Positions 47,475-58,171 of a stretch of DNA of 64,000 bases are shown here, in pieces. The DNA lies in assembly GCA_001508335.1 (NCBI GenBank), contig LGFX01000002.1, positions 11,179 through 75,178 of the forward strand, read 5' to 3'. The notes beneath the pieces were generated by a model. That model saw only the letters and a program-made list of their open reading frames with translations, searched no databases and had not been told where the DNA came from. Every line of letters starts with the position of its first letter. The first letter of the stretch is position 1. A program made the translations under genes and the position numbers. This stretch comes from a candidate division TA06 bacterium 32_111. Lineage in GTDB: Bacteria > Hydrothermota > 32-111.

Positions 47475-48722
47475 TCAATCCCTTTTTAGAAATGGATCAA
47501 AATTCGAATAGAATTGAACATAACCTTTATCATAGAAGAAATATCTCCCACCTGCCTGTATATCCCTGTAATCAGTTTCAAAACCTTTCCTTGCAATAAG
47601 ATAGGAGTTCTTGCCCAGTTTCAATTTTAAACTCAAGATAAACCTCGTTTGGAAGGAAGAGTATGATGTGGAATCCGTATCTTCCCTTGTTAGATTCGAT
47701 ATTGCCTCTCCACCACTAATATTAAAAATACTTTTTGAAAATGTGTAACCAATATAGAAAAGATCCGTATTTTTTTCAAATCTACCTTCAACCTTTCTGT
47801 AACCTTTTTCATAAAAGAGATCCATCCAGTTAACCCCCTTCCTATAAGAAAGAGAATAGGAAAGTTTTATCCTGGAATCTTTTTCTTCAGTTGTATCGTT
47901 TAAATCAAAAAAAGAACTGCTTAAATCCATAAGAGTTAACCTAAAACCTGTCGATAAAAAGTTTGCTCCTTTATCTTTGGTATAAAAAATTTGAGAGTAA
48001 AGATAATCGTAACTTGTATCAATGGTAAAATCGTAGAGGAAAGAATCCAAAAAGTCATCGTAGATGTAATGTTTTTCTCTTGTAAAAAACTTTTTTCTAT
48101 AAAATGTTAAAAATTCAACATCTTTGATGTTTCCAGAAGAGTGCAAAGTAAAAATGTAAGGATTAGTTTCATAGATTCTAGGATAGGGTAAAAATTTTTC
48201 ATTCCAGTTTTTATGTGAATAGTTGTTATCAAAATTTTCGAGTGTAAAGGAAATTCTGTTTTTCGTGTTGAAACCATTGAAATCTAAATGGAATGTTAAA
48301 TCTGAGTCCTTTTTATAGAATGTCGGATTTGCTAAAAATCCTAAACCAAAAAAATCCTTAAATCTGTATGTTAAACCATATTCAAATATTTTACTGTGAA
48401 ATTCGAAATCATCGTAGTAAAAATTTTGAAGTTCAAAATCCAAAGATTTAAAAAGAGGAATTTTTAGTTTCAAAAAAGATTTTATAGATAGTTGCTCAAC
48501 ATTGTAACATCCACCAGAAATCATAACTAAATTTTCTTTTTTAACAAAATCGTTAAAGATGTTGATATCGAAATCTGAGCAGAATTGATCAACTATATAC
48601 TCTGAATCATAATTTTCAGGTAAAATGTATGAGAAAACAAATAGAGGTAAAAATAAAAAGAATAATAAAATATTTTTTTTACTCAACTTTAAAATCCTCA
48701 GATTTTCCATAAACAGAATCAA
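47475..48722 (-). CDS. hypothetical outer-membrane beta-barrel-like protein with signal peptide
   Basis: Signal peptide; aromatic-rich alternating pattern; C-terminal F. Confidence 0.35.
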   Translation of the reverse strand: MILFMENLRILKLSKKNILLFFLFLPLFVFSYILPENYDSEYIVDQFCSDFDINIFNDFVKKENLVMISGGCYNVEQLSIKSFLKLKIPLFKSLDFELQNFYYDDFEFHSKIFEYGLTYRFKDFFGLGFLANPTFYKKDSDLTFHLDFNGFNTKNRISFTLENFDNNYSHKNWNEKFLPYPRIYETNPYIFTLHSSGNIKDVEFLTFYRKKFFTREKHYIYDDFLDSFLYDFTIDTSYDYLYSQIFYTKDKGANFLSTGFRLTLMDLSSSFFDLNDTTEEKDSRIKLSYSLSYRKGVNWMDLFYEKGYRKVEGRFEKNTDLFYIGYTFSKSIFNISGGEAISNLTREDTDSTSYSSFQTRFILSLKLKLGKNSYLIARKGFETDYRDIQAGGRYFFYDKGYVQFYSNFDPFLKRD

Positions 48723-49026
48723 TATTAAGAAGGTAGATTCTTAAAGTATCGTTTTTCTCCGGATCTATTTTTATGTCTTTTAAAATTTTTATCAAAGTTT
48801 CAACCTGTTCTTTACTATCAACAGTTGAAAAAATTATTTTGGAGTATTTATCTTTATCGTTCAGTTTATACTTTAGACCAGAAAAAATGGGTATATTTAT
48901 GTTTACCGCTTGATTTATCGTCTGTCCCTCAACAACGAAAGAATCGTTTATTCCAGTTTCTACAAGAGAGTTTAAAACATCCTCGTAGAATTCATCTCTG
49001 TATAAAAGAATTATCATAAAAAACAT
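48679..49026 (-). CDS. small hypothetical protein, possibly P-II-like (DUF190-like), next to the antiporter
   Basis: The pattern YRDEFYEDVLNSLVETGINDSFVVEGQ resembles P-II-like small regulators. Weak call. Confidence 0.25.
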   Translation of the reverse strand: MFFMIILLYRDEFYEDVLNSLVETGINDSFVVEGQTINQAVNINIPIFSGLKYKLNDKDKYSKIIFSTVDSKEQVETLIKILKDIKIDPEKNDTLRIYLLNIDSVYGKSEDFKVE

Positions 49027-49040
49027 ATATTTTCTCCTTT

Positions 49041-50162
49041 TTATTTTCTGTAAAGATAGTTTAGCCAGAAAGGAGTTATCAATGTTGTTAAAAGAATCAT
49101 TATAACAAACCCATTGTATACAACCTGATCAACAAAACCTCTTGAAAGTGCAATGGATGCTATAACGAGTCCAACCTCTCCTCTCGGTATCATTCCAACT
49201 CCAACTTTCAAAGATTCATCCAAAGTTAAACCATTTAAATAACTCGCTAAACCACATCCAATAACCTTTGAAATAATAGCCAAAATCGTCAAAACGAATG
49301 TGAAAAGAAAGTTAAGATCATGCAAATTTATCGATGTTTTTACACCTACAACGAAAAAGAAAAATGAGATGAAGAGTGTATCCACTATGATATGAGTATT
49401 TTCCAAGACTCTTTTAGAGAATCTCGTTTTTGATATTGAAACACCAGCAACATATGCACCAGTTATTCCAGCTATACCCATCTCCTCGGAAAAATATGAG
49501 AGAAAGAGCATAAGTATTACAGCAAGACTTAAAACCATATCATGGGACTTAAAATTTGAAACGAAATGAAAAGCCCTATTGATAATGTAAACATAAAGTA
49601 TGTATAGAAAAACCATCAAAAGCACAAGTTTCAAAATCACTATATAAAAGTTCCCTGAATGGAATAGAAAAACAAAAGAGATTGACATAAAAAGTATTCC
49701 AATAACATCATCCATAACAGCAGATCCAAGAATTGTAATACCACTTCGTGTGTTCAGTTTCCCAATCTCAAGGAGTGTCATAACCGTTATAGAAACTGAT
49801 GTAGCAGTAAGAGTAAGACCAATTATATAACTTGAGTTGAAGCTGAATTTCATAAACAGGAAAATGAATGAAAGAAAAAATGGAACAAAAACTCCAGAGA
49901 GAGCTATTGCAAGGGATGCCTTCCCTTGTTTTTTAACACTTTCAAGATCAGTTTCAAGCCCGGCAAGAAACATTAAAAAAAGGATGCTTATATCTGAAAA
50001 AAATTCTATGGTGTTATCAACTCTTATTATTTTCAAAACCGGCCCACAAAGTATTCCAAGTAATATTATACCAATTACAGAGGGTAATTTTAACCTAACG
50101 AAAATTTCATTTACTATTTTTGTTGAAATAAGTATGAATACGAAAATAAAAATTTCATTCAT
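49041..50162 (-). CDS. cation:proton antiporter (CPA2/Na+-H+ exchanger family)
   Basis: About 12 predicted TM helices with a typical CPA2 layout. Confidence 0.7.
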   Translation of the reverse strand: MNEIFIFVFILISTKIVNEIFVRLKLPSVIGIILLGILCGPVLKIIRVDNTIEFFSDISILFLMFLAGLETDLESVKKQGKASLAIALSGVFVPFFLSFIFLFMKFSFNSSYIIGLTLTATSVSITVMTLLEIGKLNTRSGITILGSAVMDDVIGILFMSISFVFLFHSGNFYIVILKLVLLMVFLYILYVYIINRAFHFVSNFKSHDMVLSLAVILMLFLSYFSEEMGIAGITGAYVAGVSISKTRFSKRVLENTHIIVDTLFISFFFFVVGVKTSINLHDLNFLFTFVLTILAIISKVIGCGLASYLNGLTLDESLKVGVGMIPRGEVGLVIASIALSRGFVDQVVYNGFVIMILLTTLITPFWLNYLYRK

Positions 50163-51096
50163 TTTCTAAAACCTTGTAATAGAATTCTCCATCAAATTTA
50201 TCTATTTTTAAACCATCATCTAATTCTTTTTCAAGATCTTCGAGAATTTTTTTCAAATTTTCGCCATCTATCCCTAAAGAGTTAGATATCTGTTCAAAGG
50301 TACATGGTCTCCTCTTCAAGAGTTCTTTAACTTCCTCTTTTCCAATATTTGAACGGTTATCCTTTTTCGCTGAAAATGCCAAATCTATCTGAACGAAATC
50401 TCCAAGAAGATTTTTTATCCTTTCTTTATCTTCTTCCTCAATAGGTTTTGCTTCTTTGTAAGATGGAGGCCTTATAACAGTGTTTATCTGAACTTTATCT
50501 ACATTCATCCTCTCTATTATCTTTCTTAAACTTATAAGATCACTATCTGAATCGTTTATTCCTTTAACAAGCAAAATTTCAAGGAAGAGTTTACCTTTAT
50601 ACTCTTTTGAAAATTTTATCAAACCTTCTATTATTAAGGAAAGTTGTAAATCTTTATGAGGTTTGTTAACTTTAAAAAAAGACTCCTCACAAACAGAATC
50701 CAAAGAAGGAACAACTATATCAAAGCCCATCGATTCGATTCTTACATCCTCTCTGAAAAACAAAGAACCATTTGTTAAAAGGGTTAAAGGTAAATCAGTT
50801 AACCTTCTTATCTCATTTAAAATTTCTCCCATCTTTATATTTAAGGTAGGTTCCCCGGAACCGGTGAAAGTTATACAATCTATCTTTCCAGTATAAGTTG
50901 TTAGGAAATCTTTTACCTGCAAAATTATCTCTTTATCATTATGAAAATCTATTCTTTCTATTATTTTATTTGTGGTTTTTCCAACTTCACAGTAGATGCA
51001 ATCGTAGGAACAGAATTTTCTTTCAACAAGATCTATTCCGAGAGAATAGCCTAACCTTCTTGATGGTACAGGTCCAAATATATATTTTTTACTCAT
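50155..51096 (-). CDS. radical SAM protein
   Basis: CSYDCIYCEVG CxxxCxxC motif near the N-terminus, after FGPVPSRRLGYSLGIDL. Confidence 0.75.
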   Translation of the reverse strand: MSKKYIFGPVPSRRLGYSLGIDLVERKFCSYDCIYCEVGKTTNKIIERIDFHNDKEIILQVKDFLTTYTGKIDCITFTGSGEPTLNIKMGEILNEIRRLTDLPLTLLTNGSLFFREDVRIESMGFDIVVPSLDSVCEESFFKVNKPHKDLQLSLIIEGLIKFSKEYKGKLFLEILLVKGINDSDSDLISLRKIIERMNVDKVQINTVIRPPSYKEAKPIEEEDKERIKNLLGDFVQIDLAFSAKKDNRSNIGKEEVKELLKRRPCTFEQISNSLGIDGENLKKILEDLEKELDDGLKIDKFDGEFYYKVLENE

Positions 51097-51138
51097 AGGT
51101 AGTAATTATAACAAAACTGCTATAAAAGTCAAATTTAG

Positions 51139-51534
51139 TTACTGAAGTATATTTGAACTTTTTATATACCAGTTACTTTCCCTTTTTAGAAGAAAATGTT
51201 CCATATTCGATATCTTTTCATCTTCTCCGTTTGTTTTAAAATACATTCTTACAAAAACTCTGGCTGTATCATCCGCAAATGAAATGATAGAAAAACTATC
51301 TATCTTAACTTCAATATCCATATTCTTAAATATGAATTCAATCATCTGTCTTGTTGTGTTGTATTCGAGTGTATCCTCTTTATCTATTGTCTCCATATAA
51401 GTTTCAACATCTTTCTTGTTCATAGCATCCACATTTCTGTAAATAACATCCTTAATTTTTGCAGAATCGTTGTTTGAGTTACAGGAAATAAAAATTAACA
51501 AAAGAATAAGAAGAGGTAAAAATTTTTTTAACAT
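51139..51534 (-). CDS. hypothetical lipoprotein (131 aa)
   Basis: Signal peptide with FISC lipobox. Confidence 0.4.
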   Translation of the reverse strand: MLKKFLPLLILLLIFISCNSNNDSAKIKDVIYRNVDAMNKKDVETYMETIDKEDTLEYNTTRQMIEFIFKNMDIEVKIDSFSIISFADDTARVFVRMYFKTNGEDEKISNMEHFLLKRESNWYIKSSNILQ

Positions 51535-51547
51535 TTTAAAACTCCTT

Positions 51548-52756
51548 TTATAATATTAAATCAACCAAAAGAGGTATCAAAAGTATAGGTAAGGTTGATG
51601 GGAAAAGAATCCTATAAACCTTTGACCAATCTGCCTTAAAATATTCTCTCGTCAAAGACAAACACAGATGAACAGGTGAAATTAGAACACCAAAAAATCC
51701 AGAAGCGTAGAAAAGTGTTAGTTTTATAAAATCTACAGATCCATTTTCTTTTAAAATTATTGTAGAAACTATAGGAAGAAGTATTCCAACATACGCCTGG
51801 TTAACACCTGTGAATATTCCGATAAGAACTGGAATGAAAATTAGAAGAATATAGTATGTTGCCTTATAGTTCTGGAAAAGTAGGAAATTGTTTTTTATGA
51901 CTTCAGAATTTGAAAAGAAATCTTTAAAAACCATCACACCAACTATTAAAAGAATCATATCCAATGAAATTGATTTAATAAAAATTTTAACCTTTTTTTT
52001 GATTCCAACCTTCAAAATTATAAGAAAAAAGAATGAAACAGAGAATACGATTATCTCCTCTCTAAATTTAGAAAAAAGGATCAGAACAACTATTAAAAGA
52101 ACAGGTAAAAAACCTAAAAAAACGTTTAGTAGACTTTTGGATAATGGTATTTTTCTTTCCACTTTAACATTTTTCAACTTTTTGATAAAAAATATACCTA
52201 TCAAAAATGCAACAATAGTTAAATAGAATTGGTGTTTCATAACCTCTTTAATGGGAACACTCAAAATGTTCGAAGTTAATATCAATCCCGGATACAATGG
52301 CCAGAAATATTCCCAGATATGTCTGAACCAATAGTTGACAAAAGTTTTTTCTTCAGGTTTCATATCTATTTTATCACCCAGTTCGTTAACTATCTCCGAT
52401 GGGACCAAAGCCCCACCAGGCATTGGAAGAAGTCCAATGAACATGGGAGGGAAAATTATAGCATACTTTACATCTTTGAATATCTCAAGTAAACTTTCAG
52501 TTATAACTTTTATCCCTTTCTCTTTAATTACATTTGTAAGAAGTAAAACTGAGTATATTATTATAACAGTTTTAACCGTTGTATAAGAAGTTATAGACTT
52601 AACAAAAACATCACTTATCTGTTTGAATCCGGAATAAAAGAATAAACCAATAAAAAGAGAGGAGATAAGTAAAGATATCCCTATATTTATTTTAAACCTT
52701 AAAGAAACAACAAAAATTACAATTATGAAAAAAATTTTTACCCAGAACAACATCAT
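51548..52756 (-). CDS. polytopic membrane protein, unknown function
   Basis: 402 aa with about 10 hydrophobic segments. Confidence 0.5.
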   Translation of the reverse strand: MMLFWVKIFFIIVIFVVSLRFKINIGISLLISSLFIGLFFYSGFKQISDVFVKSITSYTTVKTVIIIYSVLLLTNVIKEKGIKVITESLLEIFKDVKYAIIFPPMFIGLLPMPGGALVPSEIVNELGDKIDMKPEEKTFVNYWFRHIWEYFWPLYPGLILTSNILSVPIKEVMKHQFYLTIVAFLIGIFFIKKLKNVKVERKIPLSKSLLNVFLGFLPVLLIVVLILFSKFREEIIVFSVSFFFLIILKVGIKKKVKIFIKSISLDMILLIVGVMVFKDFFSNSEVIKNNFLLFQNYKATYYILLIFIPVLIGIFTGVNQAYVGILLPIVSTIILKENGSVDFIKLTLFYASGFFGVLISPVHLCLSLTREYFKADWSKVYRILFPSTLPILLIPLLVDLIL

Positions 52757-53667
52757 TCACCTAAATTTAAAAGTGGAACGAGGTTTTTATCGAAAGGAAG
52801 TATAATTATCTTGGAGTTCTGTGTATTCAAAAGTTCTTTAAGATTCTGTATGTAAAACCATTGTAAATACTGTCTGTTCAATGATTCCGATATCTTCCTC
52901 TGAGCCTTTGCAATACCTTCCGCTTCTATAAGTTTTCTCTCCTTTTCCTTCTTCTCCTTTTCAAGTATATAAACCATCTTCTGAGATTCCTGTTCAGCAG
53001 CTATCTTTTCATCTATAGCGTTTTTTACTTTCATGGGAAGATCAATATTTCTAAGTAAAATTTTATCACATATTATACCCTTTTCATAAAGGTTTGTATA
53101 AAGTTCATCGAATATCTTTTTTGATAACTCTTCCCTTTTTTCAGAAAAGATTTCTGAAACATTGTATAAAACGGTTGCATTTCTTATTGAAGTTCTTATC
53201 GCTGGTCTTACTATCTTCTCAACATAGTTTATTCCAATGTTTTGATAAACATCAGCAGCTTTTTGTGGATCGAGTTTATACCATACACTTATATCAAGGG
53301 ATATTGTTAAACCGTCTTTCGTTAATGAGGTTATAGCATCATCTCCCTTTCTTATTCCTTCCTCTTTGGCAACAGACATAGTGTAATCCTGTGTTCTAAC
53401 ATCCATCATTACTACCTGAACAAAAGGAAAGACGAAATGTAATCCGTTCTTTAAAACTTTTTTGTTGAGATTACCAAAAAGTATCTGCACTCCAACATAG
53501 CCTGGCTGAACTATTCTTATAGAACTAATAAGTATCATAAAAACAAGTAAGACTGAAACGATTATTATAATATTCCTTCTGCTAATAAATCTAATTTTCA
53601 ATCCAGCATTTGTTGCAATAAAATATCCTATTATCAGGATAAAAATTAAAAAAATTATAAATGGCAT
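52753..53667 (-). CDS. SPFH/band-7 (stomatin/prohibitin-like) membrane protein
   Basis: N-terminal TM then SPFH-like core and a C-terminal coiled coil (EAEGIAKAQRKISESL). Confidence 0.75.
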   Translation of the reverse strand: MPFIIFLIFILIIGYFIATNAGLKIRFISRRNIIIIVSVLLVFMILISSIRIVQPGYVGVQILFGNLNKKVLKNGLHFVFPFVQVVMMDVRTQDYTMSVAKEEGIRKGDDAITSLTKDGLTISLDISVWYKLDPQKAADVYQNIGINYVEKIVRPAIRTSIRNATVLYNVSEIFSEKREELSKKIFDELYTNLYEKGIICDKILLRNIDLPMKVKNAIDEKIAAEQESQKMVYILEKEKKEKERKLIEAEGIAKAQRKISESLNRQYLQWFYIQNLKELLNTQNSKIIILPFDKNLVPLLNLGE

Positions 53668-54266
53668 TTATCCCCCTTTTTTAAAGATTTTAATATTTCC
53701 ATTAAGGTCTCGTAATCGAAACCTTTTCTATAATACCTTTGAATAACCTTTTCATCGATATTCTTTTCTTTTTGCAACAATTTTTGTAGGACTTCTTTTT
53801 CATTATAGGAGTCAAGAAATTCTTTAACATAATTTTTATCAAAATTCCATTTGAACTTTGAAAAAATTTTACTTTCTATTTCTTTTTTAGAATATCTCTT
53901 TTGAGACGAGAGGTATTCGAGATAATCTGAAAGATAGGAATGGTCATCTATCAAACCATTATTTTTAAATTCCAAGATTAATTTTTCTATGATCTCTTTA
54001 TCAACCTTTCGAATAAGAAGTTTTTCTCTCAACCTTTGCTCAGTGTATCTTTTTCTTGATATTATATTGTAAAGGTATCTTTTAGATTCATATATTCGTG
54101 TCTCTTTTTTTAAATTCTCAATAAAGTTCTCATCCACCTCTTTACCAGAAAACAGATCGAACTTTAACAAAAGTTGGTCATAGGTTGAGAAGTAGAACTT
54201 TTCATCAATAAAAATATTCACTTTCTCTCTATTTCTCTTTGCTCTCTCTATTTTTGTTATCTTCAA
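53655..54266 (-). CDS. recX: regulatory protein RecX
   Basis: Immediately downstream of recA; the helical repeat pattern [22 protein letters not shown] is typical of RecX. Confidence 0.7.
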   Translation of the reverse strand: MKITKIERAKRNREKVNIFIDEKFYFSTYDQLLLKFDLFSGKEVDENFIENLKKETRIYESKRYLYNIISRKRYTEQRLREKLLIRKVDKEIIEKLILEFKNNGLIDDHSYLSDYLEYLSSQKRYSKKEIESKIFSKFKWNFDKNYVKEFLDSYNEKEVLQKLLQKEKNIDEKVIQRYYRKGFDYETLMEILKSLKKGDKCHL

Positions 54267-55254
54267 CTATCATCCCCAAGGCTTTTCTTATTTTGGTTTC
54301 TATCTCATCAGCCACTTTCTTGTTTTCCTTTAAAAACTGCCTCACATTCTCTTTTCCCTGTCCTAATTTTATATCTCCATAAGAAAACCATGCTCCTGTT
54401 TTCTCTATTATGTTTAAACTTGTCCCAAGATCGATCAACTCTCCATACTTTGATATCCCTTCTCCGAAATATATCGAAACATAAGCTTTTTTAAATGGTG
54501 GTGCAACTTTATTTTTTACCACTTTAACCTCAATGTTGTTTCCCACATCCTCATCTCCAACTTTTATAGAACTTATCCTTCTCACTTCAAGCCTTACAGA
54601 AGCATGAAACTTTAGAGCAAGTCCTCCCGGTGTAGTCATAGGATTACCAAACATAACACCAATTTTGTATCTTACCTGATTTATAAATATAACAGCGGTC
54701 TTTGATCTATTTATAACAGCGGTAAGTTTTCTCAAAGCCTGAGACATCAGTCTTGCCTGTAATCCCATATGGGAATCCCCCATATCTCCTTCTATCTCAG
54801 CCTTAGGAACAAGTGCTGCAACCGAATCGATAACAACAACATCTATGCTTCCGCTGCTAACGAGTTTTTCGGTTATCTCAAGAGCCTGTTCACCTGTATC
54901 AGGTTGTGATACGAGAAGGTTATCTATATCAACTCCAAGTTTCGTTGCGTAAGAGGGATCGAGGGCATGTTCGGCATCAATGTAAGCAGCCATTCCTCCA
55001 TTTTTTTGTGCTTGAGCAACAACCTGTAAAGCGAGTGTAGTTTTACCACTCGATTCGGCACCATAAATTTCAACTATCCTTCCCCTCGGAATACCTCCAA
55101 CTCCCAAAGCAGCGTCTATAGCAATAGAACCTGTTGAAATTATATCTCCTGCAACCATAGCCCTATCACCAAGACGCATTATTGAACCTTTTCCAAAATC
55201 TTTCTCTATCTGTTTTAATGTCATCTCAAGCGATTTCATTTTATTACTATCCAT
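54229..55254 (-). CDS. recA: recombinase A
   Basis: [19 protein letters not shown] Walker A plus the conserved RecA core; ends with a TAG stop. Confidence 0.95.
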   Translation of the reverse strand: MDSNKMKSLEMTLKQIEKDFGKGSIMRLGDRAMVAGDIISTGSIAIDAALGVGGIPRGRIVEIYGAESSGKTTLALQVVAQAQKNGGMAAYIDAEHALDPSYATKLGVDIDNLLVSQPDTGEQALEITEKLVSSGSIDVVVIDSVAALVPKAEIEGDMGDSHMGLQARLMSQALRKLTAVINRSKTAVIFINQVRYKIGVMFGNPMTTPGGLALKFHASVRLEVRRISSIKVGDEDVGNNIEVKVVKNKVAPPFKKAYVSIYFGEGISKYGELIDLGTSLNIIEKTGAWFSYGDIKLGQGKENVRQFLKENKKVADEIETKIRKALGMIVEDNKNRESKEK

Positions 55255-55256
55255 AT

Positions 55257-55823
55257 CTATACCTCCTTATTTATTTCATGTAGCGAAATGTAGGTTGGTT
55301 GATTGTCAATGAATCTTGATTCAAAAAGAACTAAAGAATTTATACTATATCTCTTTGATTCAAAAAAAGTTTTCTTTTGATTTACAAATTTAAAAAGCAA
55401 TTTACCTTCGAATTCATCCTTTATTCTCGCTATAGTTACATGAGCGTTGAAATTTTTTCTATCAAAATCTATCCCATTTTTAATAAGAGTTTCCCTTATT
55501 CTTCCAACAGTATCCTTCAATTCATCTGTAATTTCAAGTGAATAAAAGAATATCGCTGGATAATTGTTTTTATTAAAGAATTTTAAGCCTTCTCCTTTTA
55601 CCTGAACTGGATTAAAATTAGCAGAATCCATTATGTTTACAATCTGTGGAACAGATTTTTCATCTATCTGACCCAAAAAAGCAATAGTAATATGCATATT
55701 ATCAGGTTTAACCCAGTTAACACCTTTCAAATCAAGATTGTTTTTAATCTTATGTTGAACAAGTAAAAGTTCATTTTTTAAATCGGATGGAATTTTGAAA
55801 GCGATAAATAATCTTTTACTCAT
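55257..55823 (-). CDS. thpR: RNA 2',3'-cyclic phosphodiesterase (2H family, LigT/ThpR)
   Basis: Two H-x-T-x motifs (HITIAFLG and HVTIARI). Confidence 0.8.
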   Translation of the reverse strand: MSKRLFIAFKIPSDLKNELLLVQHKIKNNLDLKGVNWVKPDNMHITIAFLGQIDEKSVPQIVNIMDSANFNPVQVKGEGLKFFNKNNYPAIFFYSLEITDELKDTVGRIRETLIKNGIDFDRKNFNAHVTIARIKDEFEGKLLFKFVNQKKTFFESKRYSINSLVLFESRFIDNQPTYISLHEINKEV

Positions 55824-56997
55824 CCTGTATCCTCCTTAAAATTGAAAAAATTGAAAGATTAACAGATTTTTGTCTTATAATATCTCTACTTCCGCTAAAC
55901 AAATATTTTTTACTTTTTAACCTATCTTTGTAAAATGTTGATATAAAAACGGTTCCAACAGGTTTTTCTATACTCCCTCCTGAAGGACCAGCAATACCTG
56001 TTATTGAAACTGATATATCGGATTCGAAAATTTTAGAACAACTTTTTGCCATCATCTCTCCAACTTCTGAAGAAACAGCACCATACTTTTCCAAAAGTCT
56101 TCTATCAATTTTCAGGATTTTATTTTTTGAACTATTGGAGTAAACAACTACTCCCCCAAGAAAAAATTTACTGGATCCCTTAATATCTGTAAGGTATTTT
56201 GACAAAAAACCTCCAGTGCATGATTCTGCAACGGAGAGTGTTAAATTTTTCTTCTCCAACTCTCCTTTTAGATAAAGGTTTAACTCTTTACCATAACTTT
56301 GTAGACATTTCTCTTTAAATTTATTTTTCAAAAACGTTAAAACTCCCTTTTTTGAAAAGTATAAATCTATAAAACCAAAGGTTGGATAGAAATGTATATT
56401 TGAAAGAGTCTCTATATCAAAATTTTCTTTTAGTACCTGATATACTTGTATTTCAGTAGTATCAAAAATTTTAATATTGTATTCTTTTTTAACTTCCCGT
56501 TTTGAAATAACCTTATCAAGAATATTATCTGTTATCCATCTTACCTCTCTTGTTACACCCGGTAATAGAAATATTCTTATACCTTTATAAACAACAAGAT
56601 GGCAGAAAGCGATTCCAGCCCCATTTTCAAACACTTTTGAACCATTTATAGTTAGTGATTGTTTTTTTAGAATTTCAGAATTCGCTTTCATCTTTTTGGA
56701 GATTTTATCGTATATCTCTTCAGAAAAAATAATTCTCCTTTTTAAAGATCTGCCAACAGCCCTTAATGTTATATCATCAACTGTTGGTCCCAAACCACCT
56801 GTTATAACGATAAGATTTGAGACTTTTAATGACATCTGTAAAACTCTATCGATATTTTTAAAATTGTCTCCAACAATAAATTTCCCTGTTATTTCATATC
56901 CTTTTCTTAAAAGTAAACTCGAAATTATGGTTGAATTGTCTTCTAATACTCTGTTTTTTAAAATTTCATCTCCAACTATTATTATTGATGCTTTCAT
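55816..56997 (-). CDS. cinA: competence/damage-inducible protein CinA (MocF-like N-domain plus PncC-like C-domain)
   Basis: MKASIIIVGDEIL start and C-terminal SCTGGFLSKYLTDIKGSSKFFLGG. Confidence 0.85.
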   Translation of the reverse strand: MKASIIIVGDEILKNRVLEDNSTIISSLLLRKGYEITGKFIVGDNFKNIDRVLQMSLKVSNLIVITGGLGPTVDDITLRAVGRSLKRRIIFSEEIYDKISKKMKANSEILKKQSLTINGSKVFENGAGIAFCHLVVYKGIRIFLLPGVTREVRWITDNILDKVISKREVKKEYNIKIFDTTEIQVYQVLKENFDIETLSNIHFYPTFGFIDLYFSKKGVLTFLKNKFKEKCLQSYGKELNLYLKGELEKKNLTLSVAESCTGGFLSKYLTDIKGSSKFFLGGVVVYSNSSKNKILKIDRRLLEKYGAVSSEVGEMMAKSCSKIFESDISVSITGIAGPSGGSIEKPVGTVFISTFYKDRLKSKKYLFSGSRDIIRQKSVNLSIFSILRRIQDE

Positions 56998-57434
56998 AAA
57001 ACAAAAATGATAAAATTTGTTATGAGGTTGGCTAACATTCCAGCAACTATATCATCGAGAAGTATTCCAGTTGGACCTTTGATTTTTTCAAATCTATCGA
57101 GAAAAAAAATTTTTGAAATATCTAAATATCTAAAGATTACAATCGAAATGAAGTAAACAAGAAAATTGTTCGGTAAAAACATTATCGATAGGGTTGCCCC
57201 GAGAAGTTCATCAACAACTATTCTTTTATCGTCACCAATAAATTTTTTTGAGTTAGATATCGTAATATACGAAAGAAAAAGAACTGTGCAGAAGAAATTG
57301 AACAGAAAGATGAACCCACCTTTAATAGAAAAGAACCATAAAAAAAGAAAAAGAAAAGAAACTATTGTCCCACCACCTTTAATGTTTCCTATAAAAAAAA
57401 CTGTACTAATAATATAATAAAAGAGTTCGATCAT
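56994..57434 (-). CDS. pgpA: phosphatidylglycerophosphatase A
   Basis: VVDELLGATLSIMFLP and FRYLDISK...GILLDDIVAGM match the PgpA conserved blocks. Confidence 0.75.
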   Translation of the reverse strand: MIELFYYIISTVFFIGNIKGGGTIVSFLFLFLWFFSIKGGFIFLFNFFCTVLFLSYITISNSKKFIGDDKRIVVDELLGATLSIMFLPNNFLVYFISIVIFRYLDISKIFFLDRFEKIKGPTGILLDDIVAGMLANLITNFIIFVL

Positions 57435-58171
57435 CTGTAAATTTCTGGAATCTTTTTAAGTTCTTTTATCTCTTCCTGAGATAGAAGAGAAAGGTAGTTC
57501 AAAATTATTATAATTCTTTTCTCATTTTTAAAAACTCCAATTCCTTCTATGTATCCCAATCTATCCTCAGGAAGAAAAGGGGGAATACTCTTTATATCTG
57601 AACTGTTAAGTTTAACTATCCCAATAAGTTTATCAACATAAAAACCGATCCTCAGTTCATCCAGTTTCATTATCACTATAGAACCGTTTTCACTCCTTTT
57701 GTTCACTTTCAGACCAAACTTTTCTCTTAGATCAAAAAGTGGAAGAAAACCTTCTTTGTCATTCAAAACTCCAAAAAAACTTCTATTTTTTATTCCAATA
57801 TCCAAAGGATCCTTATATTTAATTATCTGCCTTACAAGGTCAGAGTCCAGACCATACTCCTCATCGTTCAACTTAAAGGAAACATACTCTTTTTCTTCCT
57901 CGAAAGATTCTTCTCCTTTTAAAAACTTTTCATCTATAGAAAAATCTTTATCTTCAACCATCCGTTCAAGATTTTCTCCCTCTTTTGAAAAATCTCCTTT
58001 TAAAGTTTTTTCATCAATCTTCATATCTTTTATCTCTTCTTTTTCAACAATCTTTTTTTCTCCATTTCTTTTTAAATCCTTTCTTTTTTCGACTTTTTCT
58101 TTTTCATTATTATTTTTACCTTTTGCTTTACCGCTACTGAAAAGAGATGAAAGATCAATTTTCTTTTTCAT
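57431..58171 (-). CDS. cheW: CheW-like chemotaxis coupling protein with a disordered K/E-rich N-terminal extension
   Basis: The C-terminal 140 aa (EYVSFKLNDEEYGLDSDLVRQIIKY...RIGFYVDKLIGIVKL...IEGIGVF) have the CheW fold pattern. Confidence 0.7.
   Translation of the reverse strand: MKKKIDLSSLFSSGKAKGKNNNEKEKVEKRKDLKRNGEKKIVEKEEIKDMKIDEKTLKGDFSKEGENLERMVEDKDFSIDEKFLKGEESFEEEKEYVSFKLNDEEYGLDSDLVRQIIKYKDPLDIGIKNRSFFGVLNDKEGFLPLFDLREKFGLKVNKRSENGSIVIMKLDELRIGFYVDKLIGIVKLNSSDIKSIPPFLPEDRLGYIEGIGVFKNEKRIIIILNYLSLLSQEEIKELKKIPEIYR

Noticed and set aside
54229-54266. 38-nt recA/recX overlap as a possible frameshift or fusion
   Set aside because: The two frames differ and each gene is full length. 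A short overlap of convergently processed operon genes is common, and the RecX start may simply be slightly downstream.
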